Assembly: GCA_036559805.1 (NCBI GenBank) | Contig: DATBSL010000034.1 | Span: 1 to 50,085, forward strand | DNA: 50,085 bases | Source: Vicinamibacteria bacterium | GTDB lineage: Bacteria; Acidobacteriota; Vicinamibacteria; Fen-336 | Reading direction: 5' to 3' | Shown: positions 1 through 6,516 of the stretch, piece by piece | Layout of the letters: every line of letters starts with the position of its first letter | Numbering within the stretch: position 1 is the first letter of the stretch | The notes under the pieces: model-generated | What the model was told of the DNA's origin: nothing | The model's input: only the letters and a program-made list of their open reading frames with translations | Database searches by the model: none | Translations under genes and position numbers: made by a program

Positions 1-1145
1 CGCATGTTGTAGTTCGAGGCCATCGCGAAGCCGTAGGCGCCGGCGTCGCGAACCAGCAGCAGCTCGCCCGGCTCGACGCGCTCGAGCTCGCGGGCGCGCG
101 CCAGGAAGTCGCTCGTCTCGCAGACCGGGCCGACCACGTCCACGAGCTCCAGCGGCCGCTCGCGCGTGCGCACCGGCTCGATCCGGTGGAACGCCTGGTA
201 CAGCGACGGACGCAAGAGGTCGTTCATCCCGGCGTCCACCACGACGAAGCGCTTGCCGTGGCCCTGCTTCACGTACAGCACGCGCGTCAGCAGCGCCCCT
301 GCCGGCGCGACCAGCGAGCGCCCCGGCTCGAGCAGCAGCGTGAGCGGCAGGCCCTGGAGCGCCGGCAGCACCGCGGCCGCCAGCCGCGACGCGTCGGGAA
401 CGCCGGCGCCGTCGTAGCTCACACCCAGGCCGCCGCCGATGTCGATCGTCTCGAGCTTGAAGCCCTCGTCGAGCAGGGTGCGGCTGAGATCCGCAAGGGC
501 GACGGCTGCGCCGGCGAGCGGTGCCGTGTCCACGATCTGCGAGCCGATGTGGCTCTGGACCCCGATCACCTCGATTCCCGTACGCTCGCGCGCGCGGCGC
601 AGGATCGGCAGCGCCGCAGCGATGTCCACGCCGAACTTGTTCTCGCGCAGACCGGTCGAGATGTACGGGTGCGAGCGCGCGTCGATGTCGGGGTTGACGC
701 GGAGCGACAGCCGCGCGCGCATCCTGCGAGCCGTCGCGGCGGCGGCGAGCCTCTCGATCTCGTCCTCGCTCTCCGCGTTCCACTCGCCGATCCCGTGCTC
801 GAGGCCGAGCGCCAGCTCGGCGTCGGTCTTCCCGACGCCCGCGAACACGATCCGCGACGGCGGGAAGCCCGCCCGCAGCGCGGCCAGCAGCTCGCCGCCC
901 GAGACGATGTCCGCACCCGCGCCGAGGCTCGCCAGCAGCTTGAGGATCGCCCCGTTGCCGTTGGCCTTGACCGCGTAGCAGATGCGGTGCGGCACCGCCG
1001 CGAAGGCGCGCGCGTATGCGGCGTAGGCCGCCTCGATCGCGGCCCGGCTGTAGACGTAGAGCGGCGTGCCGTGCTCGGCGGCGGCGGCCTCGAGGGACAC
1101 GCCGTCGCACAGCAGCTCCGCGCCGGCGCGGACGAATCCGGTCAC
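1..1145 (-). CDS. lysA: diaminopimelate decarboxylase (PLP-dependent); the 3' end runs off the left edge of the window
   Basis: Hand translation of the minus strand from GTG at 1145 gives VTGFVRAGAELLCDGVSLEAAAAEHGTPLYVYS...ICYAVKANGN...HIGSQI...DIGGGLGV...EPGRSLVAPAG. At the window edge it reads LLVRDAGAYGFAMASNYNMR. The frame is open all the way to position 1. It is absent from the ORF track because there is no stop in the window. The GTG overlaps the TGA of the upstream transporter (GTGA). Confidence 0.88.
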   Translation of the reverse strand, partial: MTGFVRAGAELLCDGVSLEAAAAEHGTPLYVYSRAAIEAAYAAYARAFAAVPHRICYAVKANGNGAILKLLASLGAGADIVSGGELLAALRAGFPPSRIVFAGVGKTDAELALGLEHGIGEWNAESEDEIERLAAAATARRMRARLSLRVNPDIDARSHPYISTGLRENKFGVDIAAALPILRRARERTGIEVIGVQSHIGSQIVDTAPLAGAAVALADLSRTLLDEGFKLETIDIGGGLGVSYDGAGVPDASRLAAAVLPALQGLPLTLLLEPGRSLVAPAGALLTRVLYVKQGHGKRFVVVDAGMNDLLRPSLYQAFHRIEPVRTRERPLELVDVVGPVCETSDFLARARELERVEPGELLLVRDAGAYGFAMASNYNM

Positions 1146-2524
1146 GATGCGGCCGCCCCCGCGCCGACCCGCGCGCGCTCTTCCTCGTCCTTCAGCAGTC
1201 GCGCGACGACGCCGCTCAGGCCGACGACACCCACGAGGTTCGGGAAGATCTGCAGCCCGTTCATCAGGTCGCCCCAGGCCCAGATCAGGTCGACGCGCCC
1301 CGTCGCGCCGAAGACCACGAGGCCGCTGTAGAGCCAGCGGTACGGCGTCACGACTCGCGGCCCGAAGATGTACTCGAGGAACTGCTCGCCGTAGTACGCC
1401 CAGCCGATCAGGGTCGTGTAGCCGAACATGAAGGAGCAGAACGCCACGACCCAGCCTCCCACGACCGGGATCGCCTGGTTGAAGGCCGCCGCGACGGCCG
1501 GCGTGCTGGTGAGGCCCGAGCGCCAGACGCCGGTCACCAGGATCGTGAGCGCGCTCATCGTGGAGGTGACGAACGAGATGATGAACACCTCGAGCACCGC
1601 GGCGTATCCCTGCAGCACCGGCCGCTCGCTCTGCGCGGTACCGTAGACGACTGCCGCCGTGCCGTAGCCGGCCTCGTTCGCGTACATGCCGCGCGCCAGC
1701 CCGTAGCGCATCGCGACCATGATGCCGATCCCCGCCGCGCTGCCGGCGGCCGCGCGGAAGGAGAAGGCCTCCGTCACGACGAGCGCGAGTGTCGCAGGGA
1801 GCCTTTCCGCGTGGAGCAGCAGCACCAGCATGCCCCCCGCGAAGTACAGGATCACCTTGGCGGGCGCCAGCTTCTCGGCGACGCGGCCGATCGACTTCAC
1901 CCCGCCGACGATCACGAGCCACGTGAGCAGCGCCACGCCGATCCCGGTCGCGAGCGGCGGCACGCCCAGCTCGCTCTCCAGCACCACAGCGATCGAGTTG
2001 GGCTGGGTGAACGGCGTCGTGGTGAGCGCCGCGATCCCGGCGATGAGCGCGTAGAGCCAGCCGAGCCGCGGCATCCCGAGCCCGTCGCGCAGGTAGTGCA
2101 TCGGCCCCGCCGAGAGCCGGCCCTCGCCGAGCTGGCGGTAGCGCACGCCGAGCACCGCCTCCGCGAACTTGATCGCGGTCGCCACGATGCCGTAGCACCA
2201 GATCCAGAACAGGGCTCCCGGCCCGCCCGAGACGATCGCCGTCGCGACGCCGGCGATGTTGCCGGTTCCGATCGAGGCCGCGAGAGCGGTCGTGAACGCC
2301 TGGAAGGGCGTGAGCGCCCCGCCGCCCCTGGCCGGCGCGCGCCGCATCGCCGCGAGCGCCTCGCGCCAGTGGACGAACTGCACCATGCGAAAGCGCAGCG
2401 TCAGAAAGATTCCGATCCCGAACAAGAGCGCGATCGTCCAGGGCCCGTAGACGAGGTCGCTCGCCGTGAACACGGCGCGCGAGAAGGCCGCGGCTGCCCT
2501 GTCGATCAAGCTGTGCTCGTCCAC
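1142..2524 (-). CDS. alanine/glycine:cation symporter (AGCS family)
   Basis: This is the C-terminal roughly 460 aa of ORF 1142..2857(-). It is polytopic and has AGCS-like motifs (FQAFTTALAASIGTGNIAGVATAI, GPGALFWIW). The first roughly 110 aa of the track ORF are Arg/Ala-rich junk. I chose GTG 2524 (VDEHSLIDRAAAAF...) as the start; TTG 2509 is an alternative. Confidence 0.85.
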   Translation of the reverse strand: MDEHSLIDRAAAAFSRAVFTASDLVYGPWTIALLFGIGIFLTLRFRMVQFVHWREALAAMRRAPARGGGALTPFQAFTTALAASIGTGNIAGVATAIVSGGPGALFWIWCYGIVATAIKFAEAVLGVRYRQLGEGRLSAGPMHYLRDGLGMPRLGWLYALIAGIAALTTTPFTQPNSIAVVLESELGVPPLATGIGVALLTWLVIVGGVKSIGRVAEKLAPAKVILYFAGGMLVLLLHAERLPATLALVVTEAFSFRAAAGSAAGIGIMVAMRYGLARGMYANEAGYGTAAVVYGTAQSERPVLQGYAAVLEVFIISFVTSTMSALTILVTGVWRSGLTSTPAVAAAFNQAIPVVGGWVVAFCSFMFGYTTLIGWAYYGEQFLEYIFGPRVVTPYRWLYSGLVVFGATGRVDLIWAWGDLMNGLQIFPNLVGVVGLSGVVARLLKDEEERARVGAGAAAS

Positions 2525-2659
2525 GCGGCGCGACCTCGCTCCCCCTCGTCGTCCGGCCGCGACATCATAGACCAGCGTGCCGGGGCGGTCTGGCAGCTCT
2601 TCATGCTTTTGCGCACCCTCCGGGGGCGGGGCGGGAGTACCATCCACACGGAGACGAAA

Positions 2660-3082
2660 ATGAAGAGCTGGATCGCGACTGGCATCGTGAGCGGCCTCGC
2701 CCTCGCGGCACCCGCCTGGGCCCAGCGGTCGGCCACGGCCCGAGAGACGAAAGCCGATGAGCTCAAGGCCAGGCTGGACAAGGGCGAGAAGCTGCTGGTG
2801 ATCGACGTGCGCAGCGACGAGGAGATCCAGAGCGGCTCCATCCCCGGCGCGCTCCATATCCCGATGGAGCAGCTCGAAGCCCGGATGAAGGACGTGCCGA
2901 AGGACGTGCAGCTCGTCTTCACCTGAAACGGCGGCGGCAGGAGCTCCCGTGCTGCGGAGCTCTTCGAGAAGAACGGCTACCAGACCGCGACGTTCTGCCC
3001 GCTCAACGACTGGAAGGCCAAGGGGTTCAAGACCGACTCGCCGAAGAAGGCTCCGCCGGGACCCATCAAACCCGATCCGTAG
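2660..3082 (+). CDS. exported single-domain rhodanese (PspE-like sulfurtransferase) with an in-frame TGA (2924-2926) at the catalytic Cys position; candidate selenoprotein, alternatively a pseudogene
   Basis: ATG 2660 is preceded by GGAGA. The signal peptide is MKSWIATGIVSGLALAAPAWA. The rhodanese core is LLVIDVRSDEEIQSGSIPGALHIP...DVQLVFT-[TGA]-NGGGRSSRAAELFEKNGYQTATFCP. The same frame is open from 2927 to TAG 3080-3082. The ORF track stops at 2926. Confidence 0.6.
2939..2964 (+). promoter_or_regulatory. candidate bacterial SECIS-like hairpin downstream of the in-frame TGA
   Basis: AGGAGCUCC (2939-2947) pairs with GGAGCUCUU (2956-2964) over 8-9 bp including one G-U pair. The 8-nt apical loop CGUGCUGC contains GU. 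The stem starts 15 nt after the U of UGA. Confidence 0.4.
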
Positions 3083-3143
3083 GCGGATAGCTTCAGGCGC
3101 CCGCCAGCGGGGGCCGACGAGAGTGCTCTGTTGACAGCGTCGG

Positions 3144-3171
3144 GCTCAACTCGGGGCGCCCCGAGTTGCAG
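3144..3171. repeat. 28-nt palindrome-containing repeat, copy 1 (GCTCAACTCGGGGCGCCCCGAGTTGCAG); probable terminator hairpin after the rhodanese gene
   Basis: Identical 28-mer to 30345-30372. The core CAACTCGGGGC/GCCCCGAGTTG is a perfect 22-nt palindrome. It is intergenic, between the rhodanese and epimerase genes. Confidence 0.8.
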
Positions 3172-3191
3172 GGGACTATACTCCGCCACCC

Positions 3192-4307
3192 ATGAATCGA
3201 AGAGAGTTGATCGGCGCGGCGGCAGCGCTGGCCGCGACCTCGGCGCTGCGACGCGAGACGGCACTTGCCGCCGACGCGGCGCGCGAGGGGCTCGAGGTCC
3301 GGACCGTGCGGCTGCACCTGCGCCACACCTGGACCACCACGATGTCGTCGAGCGAGTACCGCGACACGATCGAGGTGCGGCTCACCCGCGAAGGCGCGAC
3401 GGGCATCGGCGCCGGCGCACCGATCGTCCGCTACGACGAGAGCGCCGCCTCCGGAACGCGCGCGCTCGAGGCCGTGAAGCCGCTCGCGGCGACGGGCGAC
3501 CCGTGGCGCGCCGAGAGCTTCCTCGGTGAGGCCTTCAGGGCGCTCGACGGCCAGTACGCCGCGCGAGCCGCGCTCGACATCGCGCTCCACGACTGGCTGG
3601 GCAAGCGCCTTGGGATCCCCGTCTATCGGCTGCTCGGCCTCGACCCGGGGGAGGCGCCGCTCACCACGTTCTCGATCGGGATCGACACCCCCGAGCTGAC
3701 TCGGCAGAAGGTGCGCGAGGCCGCCGAGTTCCCCGTGCTCAAGGTCAAGGTGGGCCTCGAGAGCGACGAGGCGACGCTCGACGCCGTCCGCAGCGTGACC
3801 GGCAAGCCCCTGCGCGTGGACGCGAATGAGGGCTGGAAGGACAAGGAGACGGCGATCCGCAAGCTCGAGTGGCTGGCGAAGCGCGGCGTCGAGCTCGTCG
3901 AGCAGCCGATGCCGGCCGCGATGCTCGAGGAGGCCCGCTGGCTGAAGGCCCGCTCGCCGCTGCCGCTCTTCGCTGACGAAGCGTGCCTGCGCATCAAGGA
4001 CATCCCCGCGCTCGCCGAGGCCTTCCACGGGGTCAACATCAAGGTGGACAAGGCCGGCGGCCTGCGCGAGGCGCTGCGCATGATCCACACCGCGCGCGCG
4101 TGCGGGCTCCAGATCCTGCTCGGCTGCATGGTCTCGAGCTCGGCCAGCACGACGGCGGCCGCGCACCTCTCGCCGCTCGTGGACTTCGCCGACCTGGACG
4201 GCCATCTGCTGGTGAGCGACGACCCCTGGGAAGGAGTGCGCGTGAAGGACGGGCGGCTGATTCTGCCGGACCGGCCGGGACTCGGACTCCTCAAGCGAGC
4301 CTCGTGA
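3192..4307 (+). CDS. enolase-superfamily dipeptide epimerase (L-Ala-D/L-Glu epimerase-like) with an N-terminal twin-arginine (Tat) signal
   Basis: ORF 3192..4307. It carries MNRRELIGAAAALAATSALR (RR motif plus hydrophobic region), the KxK motif (VLKVKVG), DANEGW, VEQP, FADE, IKVDKAGG and DLDG, which are typical of the MR/MLE subgroup dipeptide epimerases. Confidence 0.85.
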   Translation: MNRRELIGAAAALAATSALRRETALAADAAREGLEVRTVRLHLRHTWTTTMSSSEYRDTIEVRLTREGATGIGAGAPIVRYDESAASGTRALEAVKPLAATGDPWRAESFLGEAFRALDGQYAARAALDIALHDWLGKRLGIPVYRLLGLDPGEAPLTTFSIGIDTPELTRQKVREAAEFPVLKVKVGLESDEATLDAVRSVTGKPLRVDANEGWKDKETAIRKLEWLAKRGVELVEQPMPAAMLEEARWLKARSPLPLFADEACLRIKDIPALAEAFHGVNIKVDKAGGLREALRMIHTARACGLQILLGCMVSSSASTTAAAHLSPLVDFADLDGHLLVSDDPWEGVRVKDGRLILPDRPGLGLLKRAS

Positions 4308-4390
4308 CTCTTCAAGGGGGATCTTGGAAGGGGAACGTCCACGCTTCCGTTCCTTGATCTAGGGGGGCTACCGCCCCCCTAGGACCCCCG
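4301..4390 (-). repeat. roughly 90-nt conserved intergenic element, copy 1 (inverted relative to copy 2 at 28041-28130)
   Basis: The reverse complement aligns without gaps to 28041-28130. In my hand count, the 50-nt core (4301-4350 vs 28081-28130) matches at 37/50 positions and includes ACGNAAGCGTGGACGNNCCCCTT. Both copies carry a G-run/G-run/C-run hairpin at the same end. Confidence 0.65.
4359..4382. terminator. GC hairpin between convergent genes (candidate bidirectional terminator)
   Basis: CTAGGGGGG (4359-4367), loop CTACCG, CCCCCCTAG (4374-4382), giving a 9-bp stem. It lies between the epimerase stop (4307) and the J-like/HTH gene stop (4415). There is no U-tract. Confidence 0.5.
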
Positions 4391-4414
4391 AAATGCGGGC
4401 CGGTTGCCTCTTGT

Positions 4415-4972
4415 TTACTTCTGGGCGAGCCGCGACATGTACGCGTCCATCGCGCGCCGCGGGTCGATGCCCACGAGCCGCGCGTACTCCTGCAGGAAGC
4501 CGCGCAGGTAGACCGGAGCGGGCAGCAGCGCGAAGCGGTCCTCCTCGAGGTACTCGAGGAAGCGCAGGCCGATCTTGGTCACCGACGCGATGTGGCGCAG
4601 CGAGATCCCGCGCGCCTCGCGGATGCGTCTGAGGTCGGCGCCGGCCAGGACGCTCGGCAGCTCGGCCTCGGCGCGGGCCAGATGCGGCGGCGGGAACGGC
4701 AGCACGGGCGCGTCGGGAGGCAGGAAGCCCTGCGCCGCGTCGTACGCCTGGCGCCTGGCCTCGTCGCTCAGCACATCGTAGGCCTCGCGCACCCGCACCC
4801 GCTCCTGCTCCGATTCGGCCGGCTCGAGCAGCGAGTAGGTGGCGAGGGCGCCTTCGTCGTAGAGCTCGACGCAGAAGCGGTACGCCCGCTCGACCTGCTC
4901 GGACGAGGCACGCGGCTCGAGTCCGAGAACGGCGTAGAGGTCCTGTCCCGGCGAGTGGATGTCAGTAGCCAT
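4415..4972 (-). CDS. J-like domain (no HPD motif) fused to a RodZ-type helix-turn-helix domain
   Basis: ORF 4415..4972(-). The N-terminus DLYAVLGLEPRASSEQVERAYRFCVELYDEG is J-domain-like, but the HPD tripeptide is missing. The C-terminus LRRIREARGISLRHIASVTKIGLRFLEYLEEDRFALLPAPVYLRGFLQEYARLVG matches the RodZ/HTH_25 pattern. Its start overlaps the upstream ATPase gene by 11 nt. Confidence 0.8.
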   Translation of the reverse strand: MATDIHSPGQDLYAVLGLEPRASSEQVERAYRFCVELYDEGALATYSLLEPAESEQERVRVREAYDVLSDEARRQAYDAAQGFLPPDAPVLPFPPPHLARAEAELPSVLAGADLRRIREARGISLRHIASVTKIGLRFLEYLEEDRFALLPAPVYLRGFLQEYARLVGIDPRRAMDAYMSRLAQK

Positions 4973-5924
4973 GGCCCAGGCTTTCTCCCTTGACGAGGCC
5001 GCGCGTCAGCTGTCGAATCTCTTCCGCGGCGCGCGAGGTGGGCGCGTCGGCCATGAAGAGCCGGCGCCGGCGCACCGCGCGCCAGACGGCGTCGTCGTGG
5101 TGCACGAAGCCCGCGTAGGTCGCTCGCAGGCCCAGGTGCCTCCCGCAGGCGGCGACCAGCTGGTGCCCGATCGCCACGTCGGCGACGTCGCGGATCTCGT
5201 TCACCACGAAGCGCGGCTGGAACGAGGACATCTCGCGGCGCAGCATGCGTCCGGTCTCGGGGTCCTCGGCCTCGACGCGGGACACGAGCTCGGCCGGCGT
5301 GCGGATGCCCTCCGGGTTCTTGGGATCGAGCGCCGAGTCCACGAGATCGCGCAGCGACTCCGTTTGAGCTACCGCGCGCAGCCGCCGGTAGAGCGCGCTC
5401 TTGATGAAGCGGTAGCCGTTCTCGATCGACGTCGGCTCCGGCACGACGGCCAGGATCGAGACGTCCGAGAGCAGGAAGAAGTCGAGGATGTTGAAGCTCG
5501 TCCCCGCCCCCAGGTCCAGCAACACGACGTCCACGTCCAGGGCACGGACCTGGTTCATCACCCGCACCTTCTGGAGGTGCTTGATGTTCGCGGCCGAGAG
5601 GAGATCGGCGGCGCCGCTGATCACGCGCAGGCCCGGCGCCTGCGTGTCGATCAGCACGTCGTCGATCGAGGGCACGCGCCTCTGGATGAAGTCCGAGAGC
5701 GTGCGCTCCGGCGGCGGAAGCCCGAGGCAGGTGTGCAGGTTGGCGCCGCCGAGGTCGGCGTCGACGAGCACCACGCGGCGGCCCATGCGCGCCAGCTGCC
5801 AGCCGATCGACGCGGCCAGGAGCGATTTGCCGATCCCGCCCTTGCCGCCGCCGATCGACCAGATCTGGCGGCGCGTGGTGGCGGCGCCTGCCCCTGGCAG
5901 GACTTCGGACACGCTCAAGGCCAT
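4962..5924 (-). CDS. MinD/ParA-family P-loop ATPase
   Basis: It has a deviant Walker A (GGGKGGIGKS), VVLVDADLGGANL and VVLLDLGAG. I chose ATG 5924 (MALSVSEVLPG...) rather than the track start at 6056, whose N-terminus is non-protein-like and overlaps the upstream gene. Confidence 0.85.
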   Translation of the reverse strand: MALSVSEVLPGAGAATTRRQIWSIGGGKGGIGKSLLAASIGWQLARMGRRVVLVDADLGGANLHTCLGLPPPERTLSDFIQRRVPSIDDVLIDTQAPGLRVISGAADLLSAANIKHLQKVRVMNQVRALDVDVVLLDLGAGTSFNILDFFLLSDVSILAVVPEPTSIENGYRFIKSALYRRLRAVAQTESLRDLVDSALDPKNPEGIRTPAELVSRVEAEDPETGRMLRREMSSFQPRFVVNEIRDVADVAIGHQLVAACGRHLGLRATYAGFVHHDDAVWRAVRRRRLFMADAPTSRAAEEIRQLTRGLVKGESLGHGY

Positions 5925-6469
5925 TTCACGCTCTCCGCGAGCGAAGTGAGCAATTTGCGTGCCGGTGTGGACTTCTTCCAGAGGCTGTTCCGGACGTAGG
6001 TCACGATGCAGACGGACTCGCCCTTCCCGACGATGGTCAGGTTGCGCTGCCGCCACTTCTTGTCGCCGTCGATGACCGCGTCGTACTCCACGACGAACGC
6101 CGAGTCGAGCACGCGACGCCCGTCGACCTCGCCGCCCACGAAGTCGTACTCGTAGCGGACGTCAAGGCTCGTCTCCATCGGGCCCGCCAGCCGCTGCAGC
6201 ATGCAGTCGATGTGGGTGCTGTCGAGGCCCATCTCGGCCGACCAGCGCAGCAGGCGCAGCCTCATCCCGTCGCCGCGGGCATCGGTCACCTCCACCTGTT
6301 GTCCTGACGTGTTGCTCACCAGCCAGCCTTCGGGAGTCTTGAAACGGAGCGTCTGGGACCCGTTCCAGTGGTCCTGGGCCAGCGGAGGCACCACGGGCTT
6401 GTCGCCCGCCAGGACAGCGGCGGGAAGCGCGAGGAGGGAGGCGAGGATGACCGCTCGGAGGTCCTTCAT
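5915..6469 (-). CDS. secreted hypothetical protein
   Basis: ORF 5915..6469(-). It has the signal peptide MKDLRAVILASLLALPAAVLA and a normal amino-acid composition. I recognise no domain. Confidence 0.7.
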   Translation of the reverse strand: MKDLRAVILASLLALPAAVLAGDKPVVPPLAQDHWNGSQTLRFKTPEGWLVSNTSGQQVEVTDARGDGMRLRLLRWSAEMGLDSTHIDCMLQRLAGPMETSLDVRYEYDFVGGEVDGRRVLDSAFVVEYDAVIDGDKKWRQRNLTIVGKGESVCIVTYVRNSLWKKSTPARKLLTSLAESVKWP

Positions 6470-6487
6470 TCAGACCTTTGGGCGGTT

Positions 6488-6516
6488 AGGGTACTGCAGC
6501 TAAAGTTTTACTTCAA
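6488..6516 (-). promoter_or_regulatory. candidate sigma70-type promoter for the secreted-protein/MinD-like/J-HTH genes
   Basis: On the minus strand: TTGAAG (6516-6511), a 17-nt spacer, then TACCCT (6493-6488), about 18 nt upstream of ATG 6469. It sits in an unusually AT-rich 40-nt patch. Confidence 0.35.

Noticed and set aside
2609-2643. Putative promoter for the rhodanese gene (TTGCGC ... TACCAT)
   Set aside because: The spacer is 23 nt, outside the functional sigma70 range. No better pair was visible.
2525-2659. Looked for a glycine riboswitch or other leader upstream of the AGCS symporter, and for a G-quadruplex in the GGGGGCGGGGCGGGAG tract
   Set aside because: I could not find the conserved glycine-aptamer elements (GGAGAG ... 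ACCGAAGGGGCAA-type core). There are only three G-runs of 3 or more, and such runs are common in DNA of this GC content.
4305-4382. Possible TGA read-through extension of the epimerase: an in-frame 24 codons (LFKGDLGRGTSTLPFLDLGGLPPP) up to TAG 4380. There is a similar peptide in one frame of the second repeat copy, the 78-aa ORF 27944..28180(-).
   Set aside because: The epimerase already ends at a normal family C-terminus. The TGA does not replace a conserved Cys. The extension coincides with a nucleotide-level repeat that includes a terminator-type hairpin. The copy-2 ORF has no Shine-Dalgarno, overlaps the DUF1080 gene antisense and has an implausible composition. The differences between copies are mostly non-synonymous. 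An RNA or DNA element is the simpler explanation.
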